Virus record (IMG/VR): IMGVR_UViG_2778261276_000006
Length of the DNA: 7,626 nucleotides
Strand: one strand, 5' to 3'
Source of the DNA: a virus
Taxonomy: Duplodnaviria; Heunggongvirae; Uroviricota; Caudoviricetes
The position numbers and the translations under genes were made by a program. Under the pieces are notes generated by a model, which did not search any database, had not been told where the DNA came from, and saw only the letters and a list, made by a program, of their open reading frames with translations. Of the stretch, positions 1-6,163 are shown piece after piece (the stretch's first letter is position 1; each line of letters opens with the position of its first letter).

Positions 1-61
1 CGGCACTACCTGCTGAGGTGCCATAGGCGACACCCGTTGTTAACTTATCCATGGATTTCAT
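1..61 (-). CDS. essD: Holin, S21/pinholin-like, 5' end only (continues beyond window start); dual-start motif
   Basis: Minus-strand reading from 61 gives MKSMDKLTTGVAYGTSAGSA... with two in-frame ATGs (61-59 and 52-50), as in the antiholin/holin dual start of lambdoid S genes. GAGGTGGGG lies just upstream. The N-terminus resembles phage 21 S / DLP12 EssD as recalled. Only 20 codons are visible. Confidence 0.6.
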   Translation of the reverse strand, partial: MKSMDKLTTGVAYGTSAGSA

Positions 62-349
62 AACCCCACCTCGCAGACAAAGCGGGTGTAAATTGAGGGA
101 ATACAACGTATCGCAAAAAAGCAGAAACGTAACAGACTCGGAGTCAGTGAATAACTCAGGTATTGAGTTATCAGCTAATATCGAGACTCAAAAAATGGAA
201 AAACCAGCTCGACGGCGGGTTTAAGCTGTGTGACGAAGTAACCACTCTTAACAGCATAACCAATTTTTTACGTACGTAAACCACTGAATGATATTTATGA
301 GAATGCTACCGAGTGTTCAAAACACCACCACAAATACATAAGAAAGCCT

Positions 350-370
350 CAACAAATAACCAACAAATAA
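350..370. repeat. Tandem direct repeat, 2 x CAACAAATAA separated by one C
   Basis: Read directly: caacaaataa at 350-359 and again at 361-370, in the AT-rich region upstream of the porin gene. Confidence 0.5.
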
Positions 371-650
371 TTTCCAGTGTTATTTTTAGCCGATTTAAAT
401 TGAACCTTCAAATTATAGAGCACTTATAAATAACAGCCGTTAATATAAATTGGCTAATAGATTTATTTTTATTCAGCCAAGAGCTATGAATAGGATTCGA
501 TAGAAAAAAGTTCAGATAAAAATAGAGATCTACTTCACAAATCAAACGAGAAACCAAAACTTACATCTTGAAATAATCACATTGATTAGATGAATATTTA
601 TCGCGCAGTGACATCATTTTTTAATAATAGTTCAAAAAAAAGGGCTCACG

Positions 651-1748
651 ATGAAAAAATTAACAGTGGCAATTTCTGCTGTAGCTGCATCAGTACTGAT
701 GGCGATGTCTGCTCAGGCAGCTGAAATTTATAATAAAGACAGTAACAAGCTGGATCTGTACGGGAAAGTTAATGCCAAGCACTACTTCTCCTCTAATGAT
801 GCAGATGATGGTGATACTACTTATGCCCGTCTTGGCTTCAAAGGTGAAACCCAAATCAACGATCAACTGACTGGTTTCGGTCAGTGGGAATATGAATTCA
901 AAGGCAACCGCGCTGAATCTCAAGGTTCCTCCAAAGACAAAACCCGTCTTGCATTTGCAGGCCTGAAATTCGGTGACTACGGCTCAATCGATTACGGCCG
1001 TAACTACGGTGTAGCATACGACATCGGTGCGTGGACTGACGTTCTGCCAGAATTCGGTGGCGATACCTGGACCCAAACAGATGTGTTCATGACTGGTCGC
1101 ACCACTGGTGTTGCAACCTATCGTAACAACGACTTCTTTGGTCTGGTTGATGGTCTGAACTTTGCTGCTCAGTACCAAGGCAAAAACGATCGTAGCGATT
1201 TCGATAACTACACTGAAGGTAACGGTGATGGCTTCGGTTTCTCTGCTACCTATGAATACGAAGGATTCGGTATCGGTGCAACTTATGCGAAATCTGATCG
1301 TACCGACACTCAAGTTAATGCAGGGAAAGTTCTTCCTGAAGTATTTGCTTCCGGTAAAAATGCAGAAGTTTGGGCCGCAGGTCTGAAATATGACGCTAAC
1401 AACATTTACCTGGCCACTACCTATTCTGAAACCCAGAATATGACTGTATTTGCTGATCACTTCGTTGCTAATAAAGCCCAAAACTTCGAAGCTGTTGCAC
1501 AATATCAGTTCGATTTCGGTCTGCGTCCGTCCGTTGCTTACCTGCAATCTAAAGGTAAAGATCTTGGAGTATGGGGCGATCAGGACTTAGTCAAATATGT
1601 TGATGTAGGTGCAACCTATTACTTCAACAAAAATATGTCTACTTTCGTTGATTACAAAATCAACCTGCTTGACAAAAATGACTTCACTAAAGCACTCGGT
1701 GTAAGCACTGATGACATCGTTGCTGTAGGTCTGGTTTACCAGTTCTAA
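651..1748 (+). CDS. nmpC: Outer-membrane general porin, prophage-encoded NmpC/Lc/OmpD family (365 aa, apparently intact)
   Basis: ATG start; signal peptide [23 protein letters not shown] with AQA-AE cleavage site; glycine/aromatic-rich beta-barrel composition; C-terminal ...VGLVYQF with terminal Phe typical of porins. Sequence recognised as NmpC/Lc-like. No IS interruption. Confidence 0.93.
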   Translation: MKKLTVAISAVAASVLMAMSAQAAEIYNKDSNKLDLYGKVNAKHYFSSNDADDGDTTYARLGFKGETQINDQLTGFGQWEYEFKGNRAESQGSSKDKTRLAFAGLKFGDYGSIDYGRNYGVAYDIGAWTDVLPEFGGDTWTQTDVFMTGRTTGVATYRNNDFFGLVDGLNFAAQYQGKNDRSDFDNYTEGNGDGFGFSATYEYEGFGIGATYAKSDRTDTQVNAGKVLPEVFASGKNAEVWAAGLKYDANNIYLATTYSETQNMTVFADHFVANKAQNFEAVAQYQFDFGLRPSVAYLQSKGKDLGVWGDQDLVKYVDVGATYYFNKNMSTFVDYKINLLDKNDFTKALGVSTDDIVAVGLVYQF

Positions 1749-1764
1749 TCTGATTACGAAAAAG

Positions 1765-1798
1765 ATATGTTGCGGGAGGCGTTGCCTCCCCAACATAT
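1765..1798 (-). terminator. Hairpin with downstream U-tract on the minus strand; candidate tR'-like terminator downstream of Q (or a structural element of the porin 3' UTR)
   Basis: GC core gggaggc/gcctccc (1774-1780 / 1784-1790) extended by atatgttg/caacatat with one bulged C. On the minus strand it is followed by CTTTTTCG. It lies about 140 nt downstream of the quuD stop. Confidence 0.4.
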
Positions 1799-1886
1799 AA
1801 GTGGCTCCCTCAAGCCACTTCCTTTAGAAGCACAACCTTGCTTCTAACTATATAAACCTTCTGTTATATATTACCCTTTATTTTTG

Positions 1887-1915
1887 GGGGCGTCTCAACG
1901 CCCCATTTTTAATAA
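1887..1915 (+). terminator. Rho-independent terminator for the porin transcript
   Basis: Stem ggggcg (1887-1892) / cgcccc (1899-1904) with loop tctcaa, followed by atttttaataattttt on the plus strand. Confidence 0.6.
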
Positions 1916-1937
1916 TTTTTAGTAAACAATTGGCATA

Positions 1938-2321
1938 TTAATTAGAGTTATTAACAACGATATCCATCTCTAACCGGATATCTAATGCCATTAACATCCC
2001 TTCAATTATGCCCTCAGCCTTCTGTAACCTTTTCCCGATATAACCATCAGAGCAGCAATGCTTACCTGCCAGTGACATGAATGTCATACCGACTACATAA
2101 TAATCTACTAATAAATCGTGCAAATCGCTGTTGTTCTTTTTCAGACGGGCCATGCACCCGCAAATGATCATCGCGTCATCGTCACAACATTGCGGGCGAG
2201 ATTTTACTTTTGAAGGAATTAATCCCTTAAAACCGGCGGCAATGGACGACCAGGTCACATCTTCATGATTATTAGCCGCCCACGCTCCCCAACGCTCAAG
2301 AACCATCTGAATATCACGCAT
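1938..2321 (-). CDS. quuD: Late-gene antiterminator Q (QuuD-like, 127 aa)
   Basis: ORF track protein from [11 protein letters not shown]... to ...VVNNSN recognised as DLP12 QuuD. I place the start at ATG 2321-2319, preceded by GGAG 7 nt upstream, rather than the TTG at 2336 used by the track. Confidence 0.9.
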   Translation of the reverse strand: MRDIQMVLERWGAWAANNHEDVTWSSIAAGFKGLIPSKVKSRPQCCDDDAMIICGCMARLKKNNSDLHDLLVDYYVVGMTFMSLAGKHCCSDGYIGKRLQKAEGIIEGMLMALDIRLEMDIVVNNSN

Positions 2322-2406
2322 CAACTTACTCCACAAAAATCAGACCAGAACGCCAATCACAAGCAAAAATCAACAAAACAGTATTAGTTGATTGTTATCT
2401 CTGACT

Positions 2407-2547
2407 TCATACTCCTGCTCCTGTCAGGGTTTTGGCGTAATTCTTCAGTATTCGGTAATCGGTCAAAACAGAACCGGGGAAACGATATAAGCGCAGATGC
2501 CCCCAGCGGTGGCGAAGAAGTTCTGCCATATAAAACTCAAACATCAT
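2407..2547 (-). CDS. ylcG: Small protein YlcG-like (46 aa)
   Basis: Hand translation of the minus strand: [46 protein letters not shown], then TGA. Its ATG (2547-2545) overlaps the rusA TGA stop (2546-2544) as ATGA. Same position as ylcG between rusA and quuD in DLP12. Below the ORF-track length cutoff. Confidence 0.5.
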   Translation of the reverse strand: MMFEFYMAELLRHRWGHLRLYRFPGSVLTDYRILKNYAKTLTGAGV

Positions 2548-2906
2548 TCATTCCCCATTTCGGTGATGGTCAGTTCCAGCCTCCCACCTTTGGTAACAGG
2601 CATCTTCACAACGCGGTAATCAACGACCTGAGCATCATCCAGCCAGAAACCTGCTTTAGTGAGTGCGTCAAAAGCGGCTTTTTGCAGATTATCCAGGTCA
2701 CGGCGACGGCGATCCGGCATGTGGCACTCAATGCGGATTTTCACAGGCATAGCCAGGCCGATATCCAGCATTGCGTTTTTAATGATTCGGGCGACGTTAT
2801 CGCGGTATGCCTGCCCCTCTGCGCTGATGTGCGTGCGCCCGCGATTATGGCGGTAATAGCGATTATTGCTCGGAGGCCAGGGTAATGTGATGCTGTAGGT
2901 ATTCAC
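2544..2906 (-). CDS. rusA: Holliday-junction resolvase RusA (120 aa)
   Basis: Protein [24 protein letters not shown]... recognised as RusA. GTG start at 2906-2904 overlaps the ybcO stop (GTGA). Confidence 0.93.
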   Translation of the reverse strand: MNTYSITLPWPPSNNRYYRHNRGRTHISAEGQAYRDNVARIIKNAMLDIGLAMPVKIRIECHMPDRRRRDLDNLQKAAFDALTKAGFWLDDAQVVDYRVVKMPVTKGGRLELTITEMGNE

Positions 2907-3193
2907 GCCTTAATAACCCCCTCTTTCAGCCAGATAACCTGTGTTCTCGCCATACCTTCCAGCGCGCATTCTTTTGCATACTCAGCATCGACAAAATGCG
3001 TGCGACGGTCGATCTCATCGTGACAGGCAGAACATGCAATGGTGGCAATCAGGTCTGGCGGTTTGGTACCGGTGCCACACAATTCAGCCAGCCGGATATG
3101 TGCCAGTACAGACGTTTCAGGGTTGCCATTACATACGCCAGGGATTCTTACCTGGCATTCCCGACCACGCGCTGCTTTTCTCAAATCAGCCAT
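2903..3193 (-). CDS. ybcO: YbcO-like Cys-rich putative nuclease (DUF1364), 96 aa
   Basis: [33 protein letters not shown]...CSACHDEID... Start placed at ATG 3193-3191 behind a strong AAGGAGG SD; the track's TTG at 3232 is a spurious N-terminal extension. Confidence 0.85.
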   Translation of the reverse strand: MADLRKAARGRECQVRIPGVCNGNPETSVLAHIRLAELCGTGTKPPDLIATIACSACHDEIDRRTHFVDAEYAKECALEGMARTQVIWLKEGVIKA

Positions 3194-3356
3194 GATTCCT
3201 CCTTGCTGCCAGTCGCAACCATTTTTTATCAACCAGGCTGGCGGTATACCCTAGCAGTGTTGGTATTTCGGATGGCTTCAGCTCAGGCTTACGCTTACGA
3301 CGATTTGGTACTCTGTAGATGTGTCCGTTCATGACCCGAATAAGCGGTGTAGTCAT
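3186..3356 (-). CDS. ninE: NinE (56 aa)
   Basis: [59 protein letters not shown] 3356-3354 with AGGAGG 4 nt upstream; overlaps the ybcN stop by 1 nt (TAATG). The 3' end overlaps the ybcO start by 8 nt. Confidence 0.85.
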   Translation of the reverse strand: MTTPLIRVMNGHIYRVPNRRKRKPELKPSEIPTLLGYTASLVDKKWLRLAARRNHG

Positions 3357-3811
3357 TACGCCTCCTGCTTGTCGCGCAGCAGCTGGAACTCGCAGCTCTG
3401 TGGAATAGTCAGGTGGCAACCAATATTCATCGCCCAGGCTTCAACCTTACACAGGAAGACATACATCTCTCCGGTATCAAGATCGGAGGTATGGCGTAAC
3501 GACTGGATAGTGGTGATATCACCGGTTACGACATCAACCAGGTCTTTGGTTTCATAACCGAGATATGTGTGTTTGAGAGCATCTTTTACCCAAGCTGGAG
3601 TGGCGAACGTTTTACCCCTGCTGATGAGGTATTCACTGATTTCGCTGTACCACATGTGGCTGAGTGCATTCTGGGAAAGACTGCGTCTCTCGCGCCACGG
3701 TTTAAGCACCATGCGAAAGCATTTGCCGTCCTCCAGATAAGGCTGGATCTGCCGACCGATAGCGGTGAAGTTACCGCGATGCAATTTGATACCATCTTGT
3801 GGGAGGTTCAC
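3356..3811 (-). CDS. ybcN: YbcN (151 aa), DLP12 nin-region protein reported as DNA base-flipping protein
   Basis: ORF track protein [30 protein letters not shown]... recognised as YbcN. GTG start 3811-3809 with GGAGGTG SD 4 nt upstream. Confidence 0.9.
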   Translation of the reverse strand: MNLPQDGIKLHRGNFTAIGRQIQPYLEDGKCFRMVLKPWRERRSLSQNALSHMWYSEISEYLISRGKTFATPAWVKDALKHTYLGYETKDLVDVVTGDITTIQSLRHTSDLDTGEMYVFLCKVEAWAMNIGCHLTIPQSCEFQLLRDKQEA

Positions 3812-3909
3812 GCTTCACCTCCGCAGAGATCAAACGTTGGATGCAAGATATCGCAGGTGCATTTCTGCATCTGTGACTGGTTGAAAGGTGTTCTGATTGT
3901 CGTTTGCAC
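3808..3909 (-). CDS. ylcH: Small ORF, YlcH-like (33 aa), translationally coupled to ybcN
   Basis: Hand translation: (GTG)[33 protein letters not shown], then TGA overlapping the ybcN GTG (GTGA). GAGGGGA SD 6 nt upstream of the GTG at 3909-3907. Position matches ylcH upstream of ybcN in DLP12. Identity by position and length only. Confidence 0.4.
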   Translation of the reverse strand: MQTTIRTPFNQSQMQKCTCDILHPTFDLCGGEA

Positions 3910-4051
3910 TTTGAGTCCCCTCAAAGCGCAGAAGTCACCGGAGTTGTTCAGGCTCCGATGACATGATTATGGCGAGTTGATTATGATGAATCAATAGGTT
4001 CTTATGTCAAATGAACACTAGATTCAAAGGAGGGTAACAATTATCATAGCC

Positions 4052-4069
4052 AATGAGATTAATCTCATT
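4052..4069. promoter_or_regulatory. 18-bp perfect palindrome AATGAGATTAATCTCATT, candidate operator upstream of the 472-aa gene
   Basis: Read directly; centred about 27 nt upstream of the ATG at 4087, just 5' of the AAGGA SD (4076-4080). Confidence 0.3.
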
Positions 4070-4086
4070 TTTAATAAGGAAATTTC

Positions 4087-5505
4087 ATGAAATATTTCTC
4101 AACTGGTTTTTATGTTTCAAACTCCACATCTCTAGCTGAGATCTTTAATGAATGTTTTTCTTGGGTAAACGACTCACCACATACAACTTTTATTCCAGCA
4201 CAATTAGTATGTGATTATAAAAGCGAGGAGTACTTCATAGAGTCTAAAAATGAAAGAATTGATATAATAAATTATAAAAACAAAGATACTAGTTTAGGCT
4301 GTTTTAGGTATTCGAAAATATCTGAGCCACACAAATGGGTAACAGATATTTCAATTAATAAAAATCTCAAAACTGATACCATGTGGATTCAGGTGGAATC
4401 TAGCGTTGTAAGCCAAGATGCAGCTTATCTAGCCCCGCAACCTAAGAAACCATTAGTTGTTATGAGATTGATTGATAAATTTCCTGGTGGTCTTGATGAT
4501 ATTTTCAAGGTGTCAGTCGAACCTCATTCCTTAGATGATACTGATGAACATTTAAATATAGCAGCTAAAGTTATAAATGGTGAAACTGACAACAGACTAC
4601 CAATAATATACGTTAGCTCCAAGTATTTTTTTAATGAACATGCTCACAATATCATCCCAGAACGCCTTGCAAGAAAGGTATGCGGATTAGCACATGTATT
4701 AATTGAGCCTAGCAATAGACTATTTTCTACTAAGCTAAAAAATGAGACAAATGCTAAAAATGCCTATGCTGGTGCTGTTGGTATCTATTGGCCACGGGGT
4801 CAAAATATCAGTTTTTATCGCCGTGGTGAGAAAACCGCAAAAGAATTTGAAGATGAGTTATTTGATGATGTTGTAAGAGCTACGACTACAATGGCTCCTG
4901 TCTCAGATAGTGGATGGAGTGAGATACAAACCAGAAAAACGAAAGACTCTATTAACTCACTCAAAGAAAGAGGAGAATACACACGCGAACTGATGGCGCT
5001 TTACGAAGCCGATAATGTTGCGAAAGATGACCAAATAGAAGATCTTAAGCATAAGATCTCCTCTTTAGAGCACAGAGTACGCACTCTTCAATCACAAGCT
5101 TCAGCCCAAGGAAGCATTGTGCTTAATGCTGGTGAAGAGACTGACTTTTTTGATGGAGAAATCAAAAATATAATTATTGACGCACTAAAAACTGCCATAA
5201 AAAATAAAAATGAATTTGGTAGAAGCTACCATAGCTTATCATCCCTAATTGCCAATAATGAATACAATAAAGAAACCGAGAGTCGCCGCCAATTACTTAA
5301 AAGGACTTTAACAGGTTACAGAAGCATGGATAGCGCAACACAAAGAAATTTAAAGGACTTAGGTTTCAGTGCGTCAAGCGATGGAAAACACTGGAAGTTA
5401 ACATATAATGAAGACCCTCGATATTCCTATATTTTACCTAAAACAGGAAGTGACCACAGAGGTTCTTTAAATGCTATCTCGGATATAGCAAACATTATTT
5501 TCTAA
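4087..5505 (+). CDS. Hypothetical protein, 472 aa, unassigned family; candidate prophage accessory / anti-phage defence gene
   Basis: Long uninterrupted ORF in AT-rich DNA, where stop codons are frequent. ATG with AAGGA SD 6 nt upstream. No signal peptide or obvious transmembrane segment, no Walker A motif. Central region predicted helical/coiled-coil (…EDLKHKISSLEHRVRTLQSQASAQ…). Followed by a hairpin terminator. Confidence 0.85.
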   Translation: MKYFSTGFYVSNSTSLAEIFNECFSWVNDSPHTTFIPAQLVCDYKSEEYFIESKNERIDIINYKNKDTSLGCFRYSKISEPHKWVTDISINKNLKTDTMWIQVESSVVSQDAAYLAPQPKKPLVVMRLIDKFPGGLDDIFKVSVEPHSLDDTDEHLNIAAKVINGETDNRLPIIYVSSKYFFNEHAHNIIPERLARKVCGLAHVLIEPSNRLFSTKLKNETNAKNAYAGAVGIYWPRGQNISFYRRGEKTAKEFEDELFDDVVRATTTMAPVSDSGWSEIQTRKTKDSINSLKERGEYTRELMALYEADNVAKDDQIEDLKHKISSLEHRVRTLQSQASAQGSIVLNAGEETDFFDGEIKNIIIDALKTAIKNKNEFGRSYHSLSSLIANNEYNKETESRRQLLKRTLTGYRSMDSATQRNLKDLGFSASSDGKHWKLTYNEDPRYSYILPKTGSDHRGSLNAISDIANIIF

Positions 5506-5512
5506 TAAATTT

Positions 5513-5548
5513 CAATAGCACTCACAAATGAGTGCTATTGTTGCCACT
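5513..5548 (+). terminator. Hairpin terminator between convergent cargo ORFs
   Basis: Perfect 12-bp stem caatagcactca (5513-5524) / tgagtgctattg (5529-5540) with 4-nt loop caaa, 8 nt after the TAA of the 472-aa gene. The 3' flank TTGCC is only weakly U-rich. Confidence 0.5.
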
Positions 5549-5556
5549 GAATTACT

Positions 5557-5811
5557 CTATTTAAATTCAACTTTTATCCCTTTGTTTAGCAGGGCATCAG
5601 AAACTGCCTTTTTTGTAACATTTATCCCTGCAAGCAATGCTTTATGCATTGGTCCCTTAAAAATCTCTACTTCTTCTTCAGTGAGTTTAGGCAATGTAAT
5701 ATAAATAACATCTTTCATCTGCTTGTTTTTATAGCATGAGCTTCTTGTGTGCTTACAATCGATATTTTCTTTATTTCCCAAAACATCATCCCCTTTATAA
5801 TTCAGTTCCAC
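5557..5811 (-). CDS. Questionable small ORF (84 aa from a GTG; shorter from internal ATGs), hypothetical
   Basis: Open frame in AT-rich DNA, convergent with the 472-aa gene. No convincing SD before the GTG at 5811 or the first internal ATG. C-terminal part (…MHKALLAGINVTKKAVSDALLNKGIKVEFK) is faintly reminiscent of a small DNA-binding fold. May be non-coding. Confidence 0.3.
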   Translation of the reverse strand: MELNYKGDDVLGNKENIDCKHTRSSCYKNKQMKDVIYITLPKLTEEEVEIFKGPMHKALLAGINVTKKAVSDALLNKGIKVEFK

Positions 5812-5869
5812 ACATCAATTATTTAGTTATCACGAATGTCGTAAAACTAAAATTAGTAACAATAATTGC

Positions 5870-6163
5870 TCATACCCACTCTCTTCCATATAAAGCCAAC
5901 ACCCGCTTCATCGCGGCACTTTGACGACACTCCTTAAAAATCAGATTCGTGCTCACCTTTCCTTCCCGTTCTTCTCTGGTAGCGAACCGGTAATACACCG
6001 TTCGCCAGACCTTACCATCAACGACCAGGATTCCTGCCCGCGCCATTTTAGCCGCAGCCTGATTTATGCTGGTTACGGTTGCGCCTGTTACCGCGGCAAC
6101 GTCCTGCGCACAGAAGTTCTTATGAGTCCCCAGGTAATGAATAATTGCCTCTTTGCCCGTCAT
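5870..6163 (-). CDS. ren: Ren (97 aa)
   Basis: MTGKEAIIHYLGTH...AAKMARAG...RFATREEREGK... recognised as lambda Ren. ATG overlaps the P stop (ATGA). Confidence 0.88.
   Translation of the reverse strand: MTGKEAIIHYLGTHKNFCAQDVAAVTGATVTSINQAAAKMARAGILVVDGKVWRTVYYRFATREEREGKVSTNLIFKECRQSAAMKRVLALYGREWV

Larger units (their letters stand above)
1749..1915 (+). ncRNA. ipeX: Possible IpeX-like sRNA / structured porin 3' UTR
   Basis: About 165 nt between the porin stop and a plus-strand intrinsic terminator, containing an extended imperfect hairpin (1765-1798). This fits my recollection that IpeX (about 167 nt) derives from the nmpC 3' region in DLP12. Not verified by alignment. Confidence 0.35.
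3926..5869. other. AT-rich cargo (moron) island inserted between ren and the ylcH/ybcN nin string
   Basis: Abrupt, visible drop in G+C (not computed) relative to flanking phage genes. Contains one long plus-strand ORF opposite to phage transcription, a hairpin terminator and a short minus-strand ORF. Occupies the slot where K-12 DLP12 carries emrE-ybcK-ybcL-ybcM. Confidence 0.7.

Noticed and set aside
690-1796. ORF-track frames overlapping the porin gene (690-923 -, 984-1547 -, 1162-1386 +, 1587-1796 -)
   Set aside because: They lie entirely inside or antisense to a well-supported porin CDS, have no SD-like sequences, and their low-complexity hydrophobic translations look like shadow ORFs.
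2322-2336. N-terminal extension of Q from the TTG at 2336 (MWSKL...)
   Set aside because: The ATG at 2321 has a GGAG SD at proper spacing and gives the 127-aa QuuD-length protein; the TTG has no SD.
3194-3232. N-terminal extension of ybcO ([14 protein letters not shown]...) from the TTG at 3232
   Set aside because: The internal ATG at 3193 is preceded by a near-consensus AAGGAGG SD; the extension would overlap the ninE coding region extensively.
3357-3419. N-terminal extension of ninE ([21 protein letters not shown]...) from the GTG at 3419
   Set aside because: The ATG at 3356 has an AGGAGG SD and gives the canonical 56-aa NinE; the extension lies inside ybcN in another frame.
2388-3961. 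Plus-strand ORFs antisense to the nin genes (2388-2885, 2659-2856, 2941-3195, 2996-3334, 3039-3254, 3321-3557, 3569-3961) and minus-strand 3586-3795
   Set aside because: They overlap recognisable, translationally coupled minus-strand genes (ylcG, rusA, ybcO, ninE, ybcN). Their Arg/Ser/Cys-rich composition is typical of antisense reading of GC-rich coding DNA.
4027-4055. Strong SD-like AAGGAGGG at 4027-4034 followed by an ATG at 4053
   Set aside because: Spacing of about 18 nt is too long for initiation, and the resulting ORF is short and overlaps the palindrome and the 472-aa gene start in another frame.
4033-5875. Similar sequences GTAACAATTATCATAGC (4034-4050) and GTAACAATAATTGCTCATA (5855-5873) near the two island edges, possible insertion duplication
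   Set aside because: Only an 8-nt exact core in AT-rich DNA; too short and imperfect to distinguish from chance without a comparison genome.
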